DNA from: a virus
IMG/VR virus record: IMGVR_UViG_3300022592_000003
Coordinates: 1 to 64,000 of that record
Reading direction: 5' to 3' (one strand)
DNA length: 64,000 bases
The translations under genes and the position numbers were made by a program. Below are positions 30,314 through 39,535 of this stretch, piece after piece; position 1 is the stretch's first letter; each line of letters opens with the position of its first letter. Under the pieces are notes generated by a model. It searched no databases and had not been told where the DNA came from. It saw only the letters and a program-made list of their open reading frames with translations.

Positions 30314-30756
30314 TGTTTTGGAATAGACGTAAGAAGACGGTAGTAAAAAGGGTAGAGATCAAGTCTCTACCCCTACCAGTGTTGATTCGCCAGGTTATTT
30401 ATGACACTATGCTCATGCCTGCAGAAGAGATTGCATACGCCATGGGCTTGCCTCCTATATCCGACGATGTAGCTGAGATGGAAGAGCGTGAGAGTCAAAA
30501 GCGCTTAGAGAAGTTTTCTTCCTTAATTCCTTTCATAGATTCTCACTCAGATATTGCAGCCAAGATTGCCGCATCAGCATATCTAATTGAAGATGAGGAC
30601 GAAGAAGACGGCGAACTAGGTAAGCTAGGTTTAGATGACATAGAACAGTTAACAAAGCTATTCCGACTGGTCTCTCTATCTTCTTCTATATCTTGTATCT
30701 CAACTTTATTTAATCTAGGACTAATCAAATCAATGGCGGTGGATGATGAGCAGTAA
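30313..30756 (+). CDS. hypothetical protein
   Basis: TAATG-coupled to polA. Confidence 0.7.
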   Translation: MFWNRRKKTVVKRVEIKSLPLPVLIRQVIYDTMLMPAEEIAYAMGLPPISDDVAEMEERESQKRLEKFSSLIPFIDSHSDIAAKIAASAYLIEDEDEEDGELGKLGLDDIEQLTKLFRLVSLSSSISCISTLFNLGLIKSMAVDDEQ

Positions 30757-31132
30757 CTGGTGGGCTAATAAGCTGGGTGGTACTCCAAACACTACACCAA
30801 CTCCAGCAACAACTCCTCCTACAGGAAACGTATATAGGGCAACTCCCGGTGCACCAAATACTCCGGTGAGCTATGACCCTAATCAAGATCAGTTAGTTAC
30901 TAAGGCTATGAGTGCTAAGAACAGTGGCTACTGTCCAGCATGTAACTCAGGGAACTATATGTCTACCCCTGGTGGTGGACGTACCCGGTGTTACGACTGC
31001 GGATATCCGATTGTTCAGCAAGGCTCTGGTTTATCAGGTTCAGGAACCGGTAAGGGTCCTGTTACCGCAGCAAAACAAGTAGGACAAAGTGGCGGGTTTA
31101 ATCCAAGCGTAATCGTAGATAGGATCGGGTAA
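30746..31132 (+). CDS. zinc-ribbon protein
   Basis: CPAC...CYDC. Confidence 0.7.
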   Translation: MSSNWWANKLGGTPNTTPTPATTPPTGNVYRATPGAPNTPVSYDPNQDQLVTKAMSAKNSGYCPACNSGNYMSTPGGGRTRCYDCGYPIVQQGSGLSGSGTGKGPVTAAKQVGQSGGFNPSVIVDRIG

Positions 31133-32193
31133 TGGCAGTAATTAATTCGGATGCACTAAAGGTTGTAGCAAATATCAACAAGAAGCTTGGTGCAGGTACA
31201 GTTGTAACTGCTAACCAGGTAAACTTGCCGGATCGTATCCCATCAGGCTCACTTACCCTAGACGTAGTTCTTGGTGGCGGTTGGCCTATGAACCGTTGGG
31301 TAGAGCTTGTAGGCGAAGCATCCCATGGTAAGACTGCAATTGCCCTACGCACTATCGCTGCTAACCAGGCAAAGAACCCAGAGTTCACCGCTGTGTGGAT
31401 TGCTGCTGAGGACTTTGACCCTGAGTACGCAGAGCTTTGTGGCGTAGATACTGAGCGTGTAATTCTAGTTGAGACAAATAGCATGGAGGATGCTTTCGAT
31501 GCCGTTATCCAGTTTATGGAAAGCAAGGCTGTGGACATGGTTGTTATTGATTCTTTGCCTGCCCTTGTTCCTTCAGCAGAAGATGAAAAGCATATGGAAG
31601 AATTCACGGTTGGCCGTGGAGCGTTAATCACTAACAAGTTCTTCCGTAAGGTTGCCTCTGCCACCAAGCGTGACTTGATTGAGTCAGAGCGTCCTATCCT
31701 TGGCATCATGATTAACCAGTACCGTATGAAGATCGGCGTCATGCACGGCGATCCTCGTACAACTCCTGGTGGTCTTGGCAAGGACTATGCCTATAGCGTA
31801 CGTTGCGAAGTAAAGCGTGACGACTGGCTAGAGGTTGGTACCGGTCAGGATAAGCGCCGTGTAGGCCAGACTATCCGTGTCCGTACTATTAAGAACAAGA
31901 CCTACCCACCTCAGCAGACTGCCTACCTAGACTTCTACTTCTCAGAGGGTGGCCCTATTGACGCAGGTCAGTATGACACAGGTAAAGAGATTGTGGCTCT
32001 ATCTATCCTTAATGGTATAGTAGACCGTCGTGGTGGTTGGATGTACTACGGAGATCGTAAGTGGCAAGGTGCTCAGGCACTCATTGACTCACTCCGTGAA
32101 GAGATCGAACTACGTGAAGAAATTAGCAAGGCTGTTATGGATACTCTCAAGGTAGCTCCAGCACTAATGATGGAAGTACCGGATGAAGAGTGA
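31132..32193 (+). CDS. recA: RecA-like recombinase
   Basis: SGSLTLD..LGGG.P, GEASHGKT, VIDS, INQYR.KIG, TPGG. Confidence 0.95.
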   Translation: MAVINSDALKVVANINKKLGAGTVVTANQVNLPDRIPSGSLTLDVVLGGGWPMNRWVELVGEASHGKTAIALRTIAANQAKNPEFTAVWIAAEDFDPEYAELCGVDTERVILVETNSMEDAFDAVIQFMESKAVDMVVIDSLPALVPSAEDEKHMEEFTVGRGALITNKFFRKVASATKRDLIESERPILGIMINQYRMKIGVMHGDPRTTPGGLGKDYAYSVRCEVKRDDWLEVGTGQDKRRVGQTIRVRTIKNKTYPPQQTAYLDFYFSEGGPIDAGQYDTGKEIVALSILNGIVDRRGGWMYYGDRKWQGAQALIDSLREEIELREEISKAVMDTLKVAPALMMEVPDEE

Positions 32194-32509
32194 AGGACAG
32201 AAACAATCTCTAAAGCATGAGAAGCGCTTAGAGAAAGTAGCAGGCGGTAAGCGCAATGCCGCCTCCGGTGCATTTTGGTCTCGTAAGGGGGACGTCAGAA
32301 ACGATTTATATCTTTTTGAGCATAAGTGGACAGGAAAGAAGTCTTTTAGTGTACAATCCTCAGTGTTAAAGAAAATAACCACTGAGGCCATCCTAGATAG
32401 CCGAGAGCCTGTATTGGCTTTTCATCTAGACGGGGAGGACTACGTAATCATACAGGAGACCCACTTTCATGAGCTTACACGAACAGTCAACAGAATCCAA
32501 GAAGAGTAA
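32183..32509 (+). CDS. PD-(D/E)xK nuclease / Holliday junction resolvase-like
   Basis: E.R...SGA....KGDV...FEHK. Confidence 0.75.
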   Translation: MKSEGQKQSLKHEKRLEKVAGGKRNAASGAFWSRKGDVRNDLYLFEHKWTGKKSFSVQSSVLKKITTEAILDSREPVLAFHLDGEDYVIIQETHFHELTRTVNRIQEE

Positions 32510-32969
32510 AGAATGTACTAAATGTAAAGTCGAGTTTCCTGCTACAAGAGAGTATTTCTCCCCTGCCAGGCGTGGGAAGTATGGCTTAACCCAGAGATGT
32601 AAAACTTGTGCAAATGCTCAGACTAAAGATTGGTATGAAAATAAAGATGGTAGGTCATGGCATCTTAAAGACCAAAGCCAACGCAGGGCTGACCTTGCTA
32701 ATTGGGTGGATACTTTTAAAGATGTTCCTTGTACAGACTGCGGTATTAACTATCCGCCTTATGTAATGGATTTTGATCACCTCCCTCAATTTGAAAAGTA
32801 TTTTCCAATAGGGGTGTTAGTAAATAAACGAGTATCTAAGGAGATACTCTTAGAAGAAATAAAAAAGTGTGAAGTAGTCTGTGCTAATTGCCATAGGGAA
32901 CGCACTAGGGTAAGGGGCCAATGGTCTGGTATACGGTATACTAATGCTGTGGGGGGCCATAAAGATTAG
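32469..32969 (+). CDS. HNH endonuclease
   Basis: CTKC...CKTC...CTDCG...DFDH...CEVVCANCH. Confidence 0.85.
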   Translation: MSLHEQSTESKKSKECTKCKVEFPATREYFSPARRGKYGLTQRCKTCANAQTKDWYENKDGRSWHLKDQSQRRADLANWVDTFKDVPCTDCGINYPPYVMDFDHLPQFEKYFPIGVLVNKRVSKEILLEEIKKCEVVCANCHRERTRVRGQWSGIRYTNAVGGHKD

Positions 32970-32978
32970 GATTAAATA

Positions 32979-33311
32979 GTGCGTTACAGCGATGACCCCA
33001 GCTGGACTTGGCGATATGAAGCTAAGTGTCAGGGAGAAGATACGGAAATATTTTTCCCTCCACGAGATAAAGCTTTATACAAGCCCATAGCTGACAAGGC
33101 AAAGGCAATCTGTTGGGGCACAGATGGCCGACCTGAATGCCCGGTTAGACAAGCATGTCTAAAAGAGGCTATAATTAATAATGAGCTACACGGAATCTTT
33201 GGTGGTATGTCACACAGAGAACGCAATGCAGCTCAGCGCAAGTATGAGAAACAGGGGATCACTCTAGACGAGTGGTTGGAGAAAGAGGGCAGAAAGTATG
33301 GCAAAACCTAA
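32979..33311 (+). CDS. whiB: WhiB family transcription factor (second copy)
   Basis: AKC...IFFP...AKAIC...CPVR..CL...GIFGG.S..ER. Confidence 0.9.
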   Translation: MRYSDDPSWTWRYEAKCQGEDTEIFFPPRDKALYKPIADKAKAICWGTDGRPECPVRQACLKEAIINNELHGIFGGMSHRERNAAQRKYEKQGITLDEWLEKEGRKYGKT

Positions 33312-34161
33312 GACTATCGCCAGCAAAGACTTGAAGGCGTTCCTAAACACCAGTAAGCGAGAGACTCGTTTAATGGGTGCTGTGGAGCGCCATGTCTTAT
33401 CTAAGCCCTTTGATGAGCGTGACATGAGTTACATTCATCCATCAGATATTATCAAAGACGACTGGTGCGCTCTTGCCCAGTATCACGCTGTACTCGGTAA
33501 CTATGTAGAGACTCGTGACAAGACCACAGCCCGCCTAGCATCTATCTTTGCAGAGGGCCACACTATCCACGCTAAGTGGCAAGACTGGTTTCAAGAGATG
33601 GGTGTTCTTTACGGCACCTGGAACTACAACGAAGAACATAAGATTTGGGCTGTATCTAAAGACGTACCAGCTGATGCTAAGTACGCTGAAGTCCCACTTC
33701 GTAGCGATAAGCATATGATCCGTGGTCATGCTGACGGTTGGATCAAAGGCCTAGGAGATGACTGCCTAATTGAAATCAAATCTATCGGCACCGGAACTCT
33801 ACGCTTTGAAGCCCCTGCCATTCTCCAGCAAGCTAACGGAGATATCGAGCAGGCTTGGAAGCAGATCAAAACACCTTTCCGTGTACACCAGCTACAGGGC
33901 CAGGTCTACCTACATCTTTGCCACCTAATGGTTGAAGAAGGCATTCTAGATACTGCTCCTAAAGAGATCGTATTTATCTATGAGCTTAAAGCAAACCAGG
34001 ATTATAAAGAGTTCGTAGTTAGCTACAACCCAGAATTTACTAAAGAGATCTTTGACAAGGCTCTAGATGTAGCGTGGGCTGCAGAGAATAAGCGACCGCC
34101 TCAGTGCAGCGTTAGTACTAAAGGCTGTAAGCGTTGTGAACCATTTCAGGAGGCAAAATGA
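33298..34161 (+). CDS. Cas4/RecB-like exonuclease
   Basis: HPS...C, G..IH, GHADG...IEIKS, Q..VY, C-terminal C...C..C. Confidence 0.85.
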   Translation: MAKPKTIASKDLKAFLNTSKRETRLMGAVERHVLSKPFDERDMSYIHPSDIIKDDWCALAQYHAVLGNYVETRDKTTARLASIFAEGHTIHAKWQDWFQEMGVLYGTWNYNEEHKIWAVSKDVPADAKYAEVPLRSDKHMIRGHADGWIKGLGDDCLIEIKSIGTGTLRFEAPAILQQANGDIEQAWKQIKTPFRVHQLQGQVYLHLCHLMVEEGILDTAPKEIVFIYELKANQDYKEFVVSYNPEFTKEIFDKALDVAWAAENKRPPQCSVSTKGCKRCEPFQEAK

Positions 34162-34478
34162 AAAGAGTAGTTAGGTCTGATGGCACCGTTACAGTGGATT
34201 TAGGCACAGCAACTTATGGAGCTGGTGGTTTCAGCTACCCTAGTGTTTCCCATCAAACTTATGGCGGTGGAGGTTCTAAGTTTGATGATGTTATGAAAAA
34301 GACGTCAAACCTTCTCTCTAGAGAAAAACCTGTGTATAAAGAAGAGCCTGTATACAGCGTAGAAGATCAGGCAGCAACAATTGAGAATCTTATCGCTGAT
34401 TTCTTGCCGGATTCAGATAAAGATTTACCTCGTAAAATAGCTGTTGCGGTAGTAGAAGAACTAAGAAAGGGCATGTAA
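34158..34478 (+). CDS. hypothetical protein
   Basis: GGAGG RBS, ATGA coupling. Confidence 0.65.
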   Translation: MKRVVRSDGTVTVDLGTATYGAGGFSYPSVSHQTYGGGGSKFDDVMKKTSNLLSREKPVYKEEPVYSVEDQAATIENLIADFLPDSDKDLPRKIAVAVVEELRKGM

Positions 34479-34960
34479 TGTCTATATCTAGAGATGTGTT
34501 AGCCGCAGTTAACGAGCTCGGGTTCTCACTTACCCCAAAGCCTGAGGAAGATATTCCGGCACTACCTCGTGACATTACTGAGCTGGATGATGATGGTCTT
34601 ATGGACTTGTTCGTACAGTTCACACAATGGAACGATCACCTAGCCGGTGCACAGGCTATCGCCATTATCAATGAGCGTGAAGCCCAGCGTGCACTAGACA
34701 ACGCTGAGGCCAAGGCTATGCTTAAGCACTGGACCGGAGCTAAGGGTGATCGTGTTGCCCTAGTTAAGGCACAGATTGCTGATAGTCAGGACATCCAAGA
34801 CCTACAACACGAGCTAGATGTTAAGTATGCTTTTAGAAAGCTTATTGAGACTCGTACTTCAAACGTAGAGCGTGACTCCCAGTTAGTGTCACGTGAGCTA
34901 ACACGTCGTACTTCAGATGGTGGTGGCATGAGGGCAAGGACAAGGAGGTTCACAGCATGA
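34478..34960 (+). CDS. coiled-coil hypothetical protein (possibly UvsY-like)
   Basis: Helical; SRELTRR C-terminus; recombination neighbourhood. Confidence 0.55.
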   Translation: MSISRDVLAAVNELGFSLTPKPEEDIPALPRDITELDDDGLMDLFVQFTQWNDHLAGAQAIAIINEREAQRALDNAEAKAMLKHWTGAKGDRVALVKAQIADSQDIQDLQHELDVKYAFRKLIETRTSNVERDSQLVSRELTRRTSDGGGMRARTRRFTA

Positions 34961-35037
34961 AGCAAGTATTAGGCTTTCTTATGATTATTGTAGGAACATC
35001 CGTCGGCATGAGCATCTTCTTTGGGGGTAAGAAATGA
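34957..35037 (+). CDS. 26-aa membrane peptide (not in ORF track)
   Basis: AAGGAGG RBS; MKQVLGFLMIIVGTSVGMSIFFGGKK*; ATGA overlaps at both ends. Confidence 0.6.
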   Translation: MKQVLGFLMIIVGTSVGMSIFFGGKK

Positions 35038-35585
35038 TTATTGGCCTTACAGGTTATGCACAGTCCGGTAAAGATACCGTAGCTAAGGTCTTAGTTGAGA
35101 ACTACGGCTTTACTCGTGTAGCGTTTGCAGATAAGATTCGGGAGTATCTTTATGAGATGAACCCTATGTTTGATTCTATCGCCGGTGAGCCTGTATTCGT
35201 ACGAGATCGTGTAGACCGTGATGGTTGGGAGAAGGCTAAGCAATCTCCTCAGATCCGTCGTCTCCTACAGAACTCTGGTGTAGCTGCTCGTAAAGTTTTT
35301 GGCCCACAATTTTGGGTACATGAGGCGATGAAATCTATGCTAACTGATCCTAGAATAGATATGAATTATGTAATAACTGATGTTCGTTTTCTTAATGAGG
35401 CGGACATGATTCGGGCCAATAATGGGCAAATTTGGCGTATCAAACGTATGGGTATTGAGGCAGTCAATGGTCATATCTCAGAGCATGAGCTTGACGATTA
35501 CAAGGTTGACCAGATCTTTACTAACAACGGAACTCTAGAGGATCTAGAGCTCATGATTAAGACAAGGATGATGGCATATGCCTAG
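35034..35585 (+). CDS. deoxynucleoside monophosphate kinase
   Basis: IIGLTGYAQSGKDT, FAD, VITDVRF.NE, H.SE. Confidence 0.92.
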   Translation: MIIGLTGYAQSGKDTVAKVLVENYGFTRVAFADKIREYLYEMNPMFDSIAGEPVFVRDRVDRDGWEKAKQSPQIRRLLQNSGVAARKVFGPQFWVHEAMKSMLTDPRIDMNYVITDVRFLNEADMIRANNGQIWRIKRMGIEAVNGHISEHELDDYKVDQIFTNNGTLEDLELMIKTRMMAYA

Positions 35586-35934
35586 TCAGAGTAGGAAGCA
35601 TCGTGGCTACAGATCTCAGAAGGTTGTGGCAAATTACCTGGCAGCTCATGGATTCCCTTTTGCCGAATCTACCGGAGCTGGTCGTTCTGGAACTGACATT
35701 ACCGGTACTGTGGGTATTGATTGGGAAGTAAAAGCCCGTAAGGATTTCAGCCCCAGCGCCGTTATAAAGCAGCTTAAGGATCGGTCTAATGGGAAAGACC
35801 TACCCGTAGCTGTTCTCCGCTTAAACGGGCAGGGAGAGGTCAATATAGGGGAATGGGTGACCATCCTTAGATTAGAAGATTTTGTTAATCTCATAAGAGA
35901 TGCCGGTTATGGAGACCCGAGAGATACAGCTTAA
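35578..35934 (+). CDS. Holliday junction resolvase-like PD-(D/E)xK nuclease
   Basis: RG...VA.YL, G.DI...WEVKAR. Confidence 0.8.
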   Translation: MPSQSRKHRGYRSQKVVANYLAAHGFPFAESTGAGRSGTDITGTVGIDWEVKARKDFSPSAVIKQLKDRSNGKDLPVAVLRLNGQGEVNIGEWVTILRLEDFVNLIRDAGYGDPRDTA

Positions 35935-35981
35935 GGTATAGTTTTCCTCGGGTGGGCACATACCCTAAAGGACTACAAACC

Positions 35982-36266
35982 GTGAATGAAGTAACAAAAG
36001 AAGAAGAGAAGTTCCTGCGTGTAAGCGCCGGATCTAATGCACAATCCGTTGGCTCAGCTATCGCACATGCTCTATATGAATCCCCTCAGATCAAGCTACG
36101 TGCAGTAGGAGCCTCAGCAGTAAACCAAGCAGTAAAAGCAATAGCCATCGCTAGAGGATACGTAGCCCCTAGGGGACTAGATCTTAGCTGTCGCCCAGGT
36201 TTCACAACCGTGGAGTCGAGAGACGGATCTATTTCTGCAATTGTCTTTACTATCTCGGTCAATTAA
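35982..36266 (+). CDS. spoVS: SpoVS-family protein
   Basis: LRVSAGS...VG.AIA...AVGASAVNQAVKAIAIARGY.AP.G.DL.C.P.F. Confidence 0.93.
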   Translation: MNEVTKEEEKFLRVSAGSNAQSVGSAIAHALYESPQIKLRAVGASAVNQAVKAIAIARGYVAPRGLDLSCRPGFTTVESRDGSISAIVFTISVN

Positions 36267-36296
36267 CATAGAGCTCTCTAACAGTTAGGTACCATA

Positions 36297-36647
36297 ATGG
36301 CAAAGTCAGATCTAGATTCTGCGGTAGCCGCAGAAAACACACAGGGACGTAAGTCAGTAGGCCGTGAAGGAACAAAGTTCACTTCTCCGTCTGCTTCACC
36401 AAAGTCCGGCACACTCGTAGGCAAGAAGAATACTGCCGCTGGAGATCCAGCAGTTACAAACCCAGGTATTCGTGCCAACGCTCCTTACGCAGGAGAAAAG
36501 AAGGGTGCTGCATACTCAATCAAGGCAACATACATGAAGCAGACTGCACCAGAAGCTGGCCTTACTCAGGCTAACGGTCGTATCGTCTCACCAGCAGTCA
36601 CTCGTCAGAAGGACTCTTGGTCACAGGGACTTGAAACATCCTACTAA
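36297..36647 (+). CDS. hypothetical basic/disordered protein
   Basis: ORF with phage-like codon usage. Confidence 0.7.
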   Translation: MAKSDLDSAVAAENTQGRKSVGREGTKFTSPSASPKSGTLVGKKNTAAGDPAVTNPGIRANAPYAGEKKGAAYSIKATYMKQTAPEAGLTQANGRIVSPAVTRQKDSWSQGLETSY

Positions 36648-36659
36648 TTCGTATATAAT
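36631..36659 (+). promoter_or_regulatory. sigma70-type promoter
   Basis: TTGAAA-17 nt-TATAAT. Confidence 0.7.
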
Positions 36660-36662
36660 GAA

Positions 36663-36690
36663 AATAGGGCCTTTTAAGTAAGGCCCTATT
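36663..36690. terminator. 11-bp hairpin (terminator or operator)
   Basis: AATAGGGCCTT-ttaagt-AAGGCCCTATT. Confidence 0.55.
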
Positions 36691-36708
36691 ATCACGCTGG
36701 AGGGCGCA

Positions 36709-36948
36709 ATGAGTTTAAGCACGCTATATCAAGAAGCTAAAGAAAAGAATACCTTTATTATAGGTATGTGCGTCGTAGGCCAGTGGGCTGCAACACTAAC
36801 CGATGCCGATAAAATAGCTTTTGACAATTCACTTAATGATGACGACTTCTCTACGAGGAGTCTATTTCCCATTTACAAATCTGCAGGTGCAACATTCGGA
36901 CTCACATCTCTACGAGAGCATAGAAACGGAAACTGTTCATGTCGCTAG
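36709..36948 (+). CDS. hypothetical protein
   Basis: GGAGG RBS; ends HRNGNCSCR. Confidence 0.7.
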   Translation: MSLSTLYQEAKEKNTFIIGMCVVGQWAATLTDADKIAFDNSLNDDDFSTRSLFPIYKSAGATFGLTSLREHRNGNCSCR

Positions 36949-38108
36949 AAGACGCATACAATAACGCTAAAGCAGATGTTGCAGCCTCATCAGGCTTAAA
37001 CTCTATAGATAAACTACTAAAGGCTAATGGTCTTACCCCTGAAGATGTGGGCAAGATTAGCAAGGTCAGCCTATCAAACAACCCTGATGATACAAAGATT
37101 GTTATCTCCCCTAAGTGGAGCGAAGGACCTGCATGGCAGCCTGTACAGGCAGCAGATCCAGTTATCATTAATCCAAAAATTCCCCAGACCCCTGCTTTGA
37201 TTAGCAGTGGCTGGAAGGTAGCTATTGCGCTACCAGATCCACAGATTGGATACCGTCGTTATGAAGACGGAAGCGTAGACCCATTCCACGATGAGGCAGC
37301 AATGGATGTTGCTTTACAAATCGTTGGACTTGATCACGGTCATGCAGTGGACCAAGTAATCAACTTAGGAGACTTCCTAGATCTTCCTATGTACGGAACC
37401 TACGAACAAGAGGCTAACTTTGCACATACTGCTCAACTTGCTATTAATCGTGGTCACCGCTTCCTTGCTGAGCAGCGTGTTAATGCCGGAACCGGAGCCA
37501 GGATCATTCTTCTTGAAGGCAATCACGACAAGCGCCTTAACCGTTTTATCAATACTAATGCTGCTGCAGCTTACGGTATTAAAGTAGCTAATACGCCTGA
37601 GGCTTGGCCTGTGCTAAGCTTGCAGAACCTATTGCGTTGTGATGAACTTGGAGTGGAGTTTATTGATGGTTACCCTGCTGCTGCACATTGGATTAATAAG
37701 CGTCTCCGTGCTATGCATGGCGATAGGGCTAACGCATCTGGTTCGACGGCTGCCCAGTATGCGAATTCGAATCCGAATATTTCGACACTCTTTGGCCATA
37801 CACATCGCATGGAACAACAGTCTAAGACTGTCTTTGATCGTGATCAAGCCATTAAGAGCGTTTCTTTTAGTCCAGGGTGCCTCTGCCGGGTGGACGGAGC
37901 TGTCCCTTCCGTCAAGGGTGGTGTGGATGTCAAAGGCCAAGCGCTTCAGTATTTTGAAAATTGGCAACAAGGAGTAAGCGTTATCTTCTTCAAAGACGGA
38001 GATGATGATAGCTTCCACTTCGATCAGGTCCATATCCACAAAGGCAAGACTATGTACCGTGGACAAGAAATCCACTCTACCGTGGACGTAGTGGGTAACC
38101 CACTATAG
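36939..38108 (+). CDS. calcineurin-like metallophosphoesterase
   Basis: PDPQ, GDFLD, GNHD, HGD, GHTH. Confidence 0.9.
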   Translation: MSLEDAYNNAKADVAASSGLNSIDKLLKANGLTPEDVGKISKVSLSNNPDDTKIVISPKWSEGPAWQPVQAADPVIINPKIPQTPALISSGWKVAIALPDPQIGYRRYEDGSVDPFHDEAAMDVALQIVGLDHGHAVDQVINLGDFLDLPMYGTYEQEANFAHTAQLAINRGHRFLAEQRVNAGTGARIILLEGNHDKRLNRFINTNAAAAYGIKVANTPEAWPVLSLQNLLRCDELGVEFIDGYPAAAHWINKRLRAMHGDRANASGSTAAQYANSNPNISTLFGHTHRMEQQSKTVFDRDQAIKSVSFSPGCLCRVDGAVPSVKGGVDVKGQALQYFENWQQGVSVIFFKDGDDDSFHFDQVHIHKGKTMYRGQEIHSTVDVVGNPL

Positions 38109-38111
38109 TAA

Positions 38112-38137
38112 AAAAGCCCCCAGTAATGGGGGCTTTT
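38112..38137. terminator. bidirectional intrinsic terminator
   Basis: AAAAGCCCCCA-GTAA-TGGGGGCTTTT between convergent genes. Confidence 0.9.
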
Positions 38138-38149
38138 CTATTTATTAAC

Positions 38150-38956
38150 TTAGTCGAGATGCTTCATGATCTCGCCCCATGTACCTGGGCCGACGATTCC
38201 ATTTGAATCTAGATCTGGGCTGTCATCTTGAATAGCGATGATAGCTTTCTTTGTAGCTGGGCCGTAATCTCCATCAGCATCGAGATCAAGCGCTTGCTGA
38301 ATAAGCTTTACAGCGTCGCCCTTATCGCCAGGCTTAATCTGTCCTGGGAATGGTGGGATTACCTTTGCTACTGGTGTAGAAGGTGCTGCTACAGTTCCGT
38401 CCTTATAAGCTGGACGACCAAAGCCAACAACAGAGGCCCAGAGATGGCGCTTGTTATCTACCTTGTATCCACGGACATTCATAGCGCACTCGCCACCGTT
38501 GTTAGGTGAGCCCTTAGGCTTTGAGTCTGGGGTGGTGTTTCCTTCTACGGTTGTGATAGTTCCATCGCCGTTATCCTTGACCACAATACCAACGTGTTGG
38601 ATTGGGCTATCTGGCTTGGCTTGTGGAATAAAGGAGAAGTAAACAAGATCGCCTGGCTGTGGGTGAGCATTTGCTGCATCAGCCCATGTACCAGCCTTCT
38701 TAAACGCTGCTGCACCGGTTGGGGTGTATACAGTGTTAGGGATCTTTACTCCCGCTTTATCAGCGCACCACATCATGAGGCTTCCACACCATGCCTGGAA
38801 GTTAGCCTTAGTGAAAGCGCCATAGATTGTTTCGTTATCCTTAGGGCCTTCAATAACGCCAACCTGTGACTTAGCTACTTCAAGCATACGAGCTGCTGTG
38901 CCGGGTTGTGCTGTGGTTACCGGAGGAACCGGATTTCCTACGTTTCCTAGTGCCAT
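38150..38956 (-). CDS. endolysin (CHAP amidase + peptidoglycan-binding domain)
   Basis: AWCG, PGDLV, HVGIV, EGNT; C-terminal DGDYGPAT...GIVGPGTW. Confidence 0.92.
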   Translation of the reverse strand: MALGNVGNPVPPVTTAQPGTAARMLEVAKSQVGVIEGPKDNETIYGAFTKANFQAWCGSLMMWCADKAGVKIPNTVYTPTGAAAFKKAGTWADAANAHPQPGDLVYFSFIPQAKPDSPIQHVGIVVKDNGDGTITTVEGNTTPDSKPKGSPNNGGECAMNVRGYKVDNKRHLWASVVGFGRPAYKDGTVAAPSTPVAKVIPPFPGQIKPGDKGDAVKLIQQALDLDADGDYGPATKKAIIAIQDDSPDLDSNGIVGPGTWGEIMKHLD

Positions 38957-38966
38957 GTTTTACTCC

Positions 38967-39353
38967 TTAGTTATAGTGTGGGTCGTCTTCTGGTGCTGCT
39001 GGTGCCTCTGGTGCTGCAATTACTGGTGCAGCTGTCTTAGCGTCTGGTGCAATTGTGATTGCTGTACCTGACTGGTTAGCTTCAACCTGAAGATCAGCAG
39101 CTGTCTTAGAGTTTACATCAACTGCGGCAAATGCAGAGTTAATTTCATCCATAGATAGCTTACCATCATTCATAAATCCACGGGCAAGCTTCTCTACAAC
39201 TGCGGCAACTGCTGTTAGACCAGCAACTGTTACAGCCTTGAGTACTGAAATACCTGCCACTGAACCAGCACCAATTACTGATAGGCCTGATGCGGCAAAT
39301 ACTGCGACAATACGCAGAAGAATATTGCCGGTTAGTTTAAGTCCGTCTTTCAT
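38967..39353 (-). CDS. membrane protein (holin-like)
   Basis: Two hydrophobic helices followed by DGKLSMDE. Confidence 0.65.
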   Translation of the reverse strand: MKDGLKLTGNILLRIVAVFAASGLSVIGAGSVAGISVLKAVTVAGLTAVAAVVEKLARGFMNDGKLSMDEINSAFAAVDVNSKTAADLQVEANQSGTAITIAPDAKTAAPVIAAPEAPAAPEDDPHYN

Positions 39354-39535
39354 TATTCATCCTTAGGGTTACGAAGGCGTAGGGTAAGAATCCACACTAC
39401 AAAAGATGCTAGGGTTACCTTACCAATTACGGTTTTAGCTGAGCCTGTGAGCACAAGCCAAGCTGAGAATAGCCCTACAAATGTCCAGATTTCACCAAAG
39501 AAATCTGACGAGATGTCTTTAAAGAATTGCTTCAT
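39353..39535 (-). CDS. small 2-TM membrane protein
   Basis: Hydrophobic; TAATG-coupled. Confidence 0.75.
   Translation of the reverse strand: MKQFFKDISSDFFGEIWTFVGLFSAWLVLTGSAKTVIGKVTLASFVVWILTLRLRNPKDE

Noticed and set aside
31098-31781. Long antisense or alternate-frame ORFs (for example 31098..31781, 37629..38075, 40023..40400)
   Set aside because: Shadows of well-supported genes; no RBS or recognisable motifs
33298-34161. Cas4 as evidence of a CRISPR system
   Set aside because: Stand-alone phage Cas4-like exonuclease; no array or other cas genes seen
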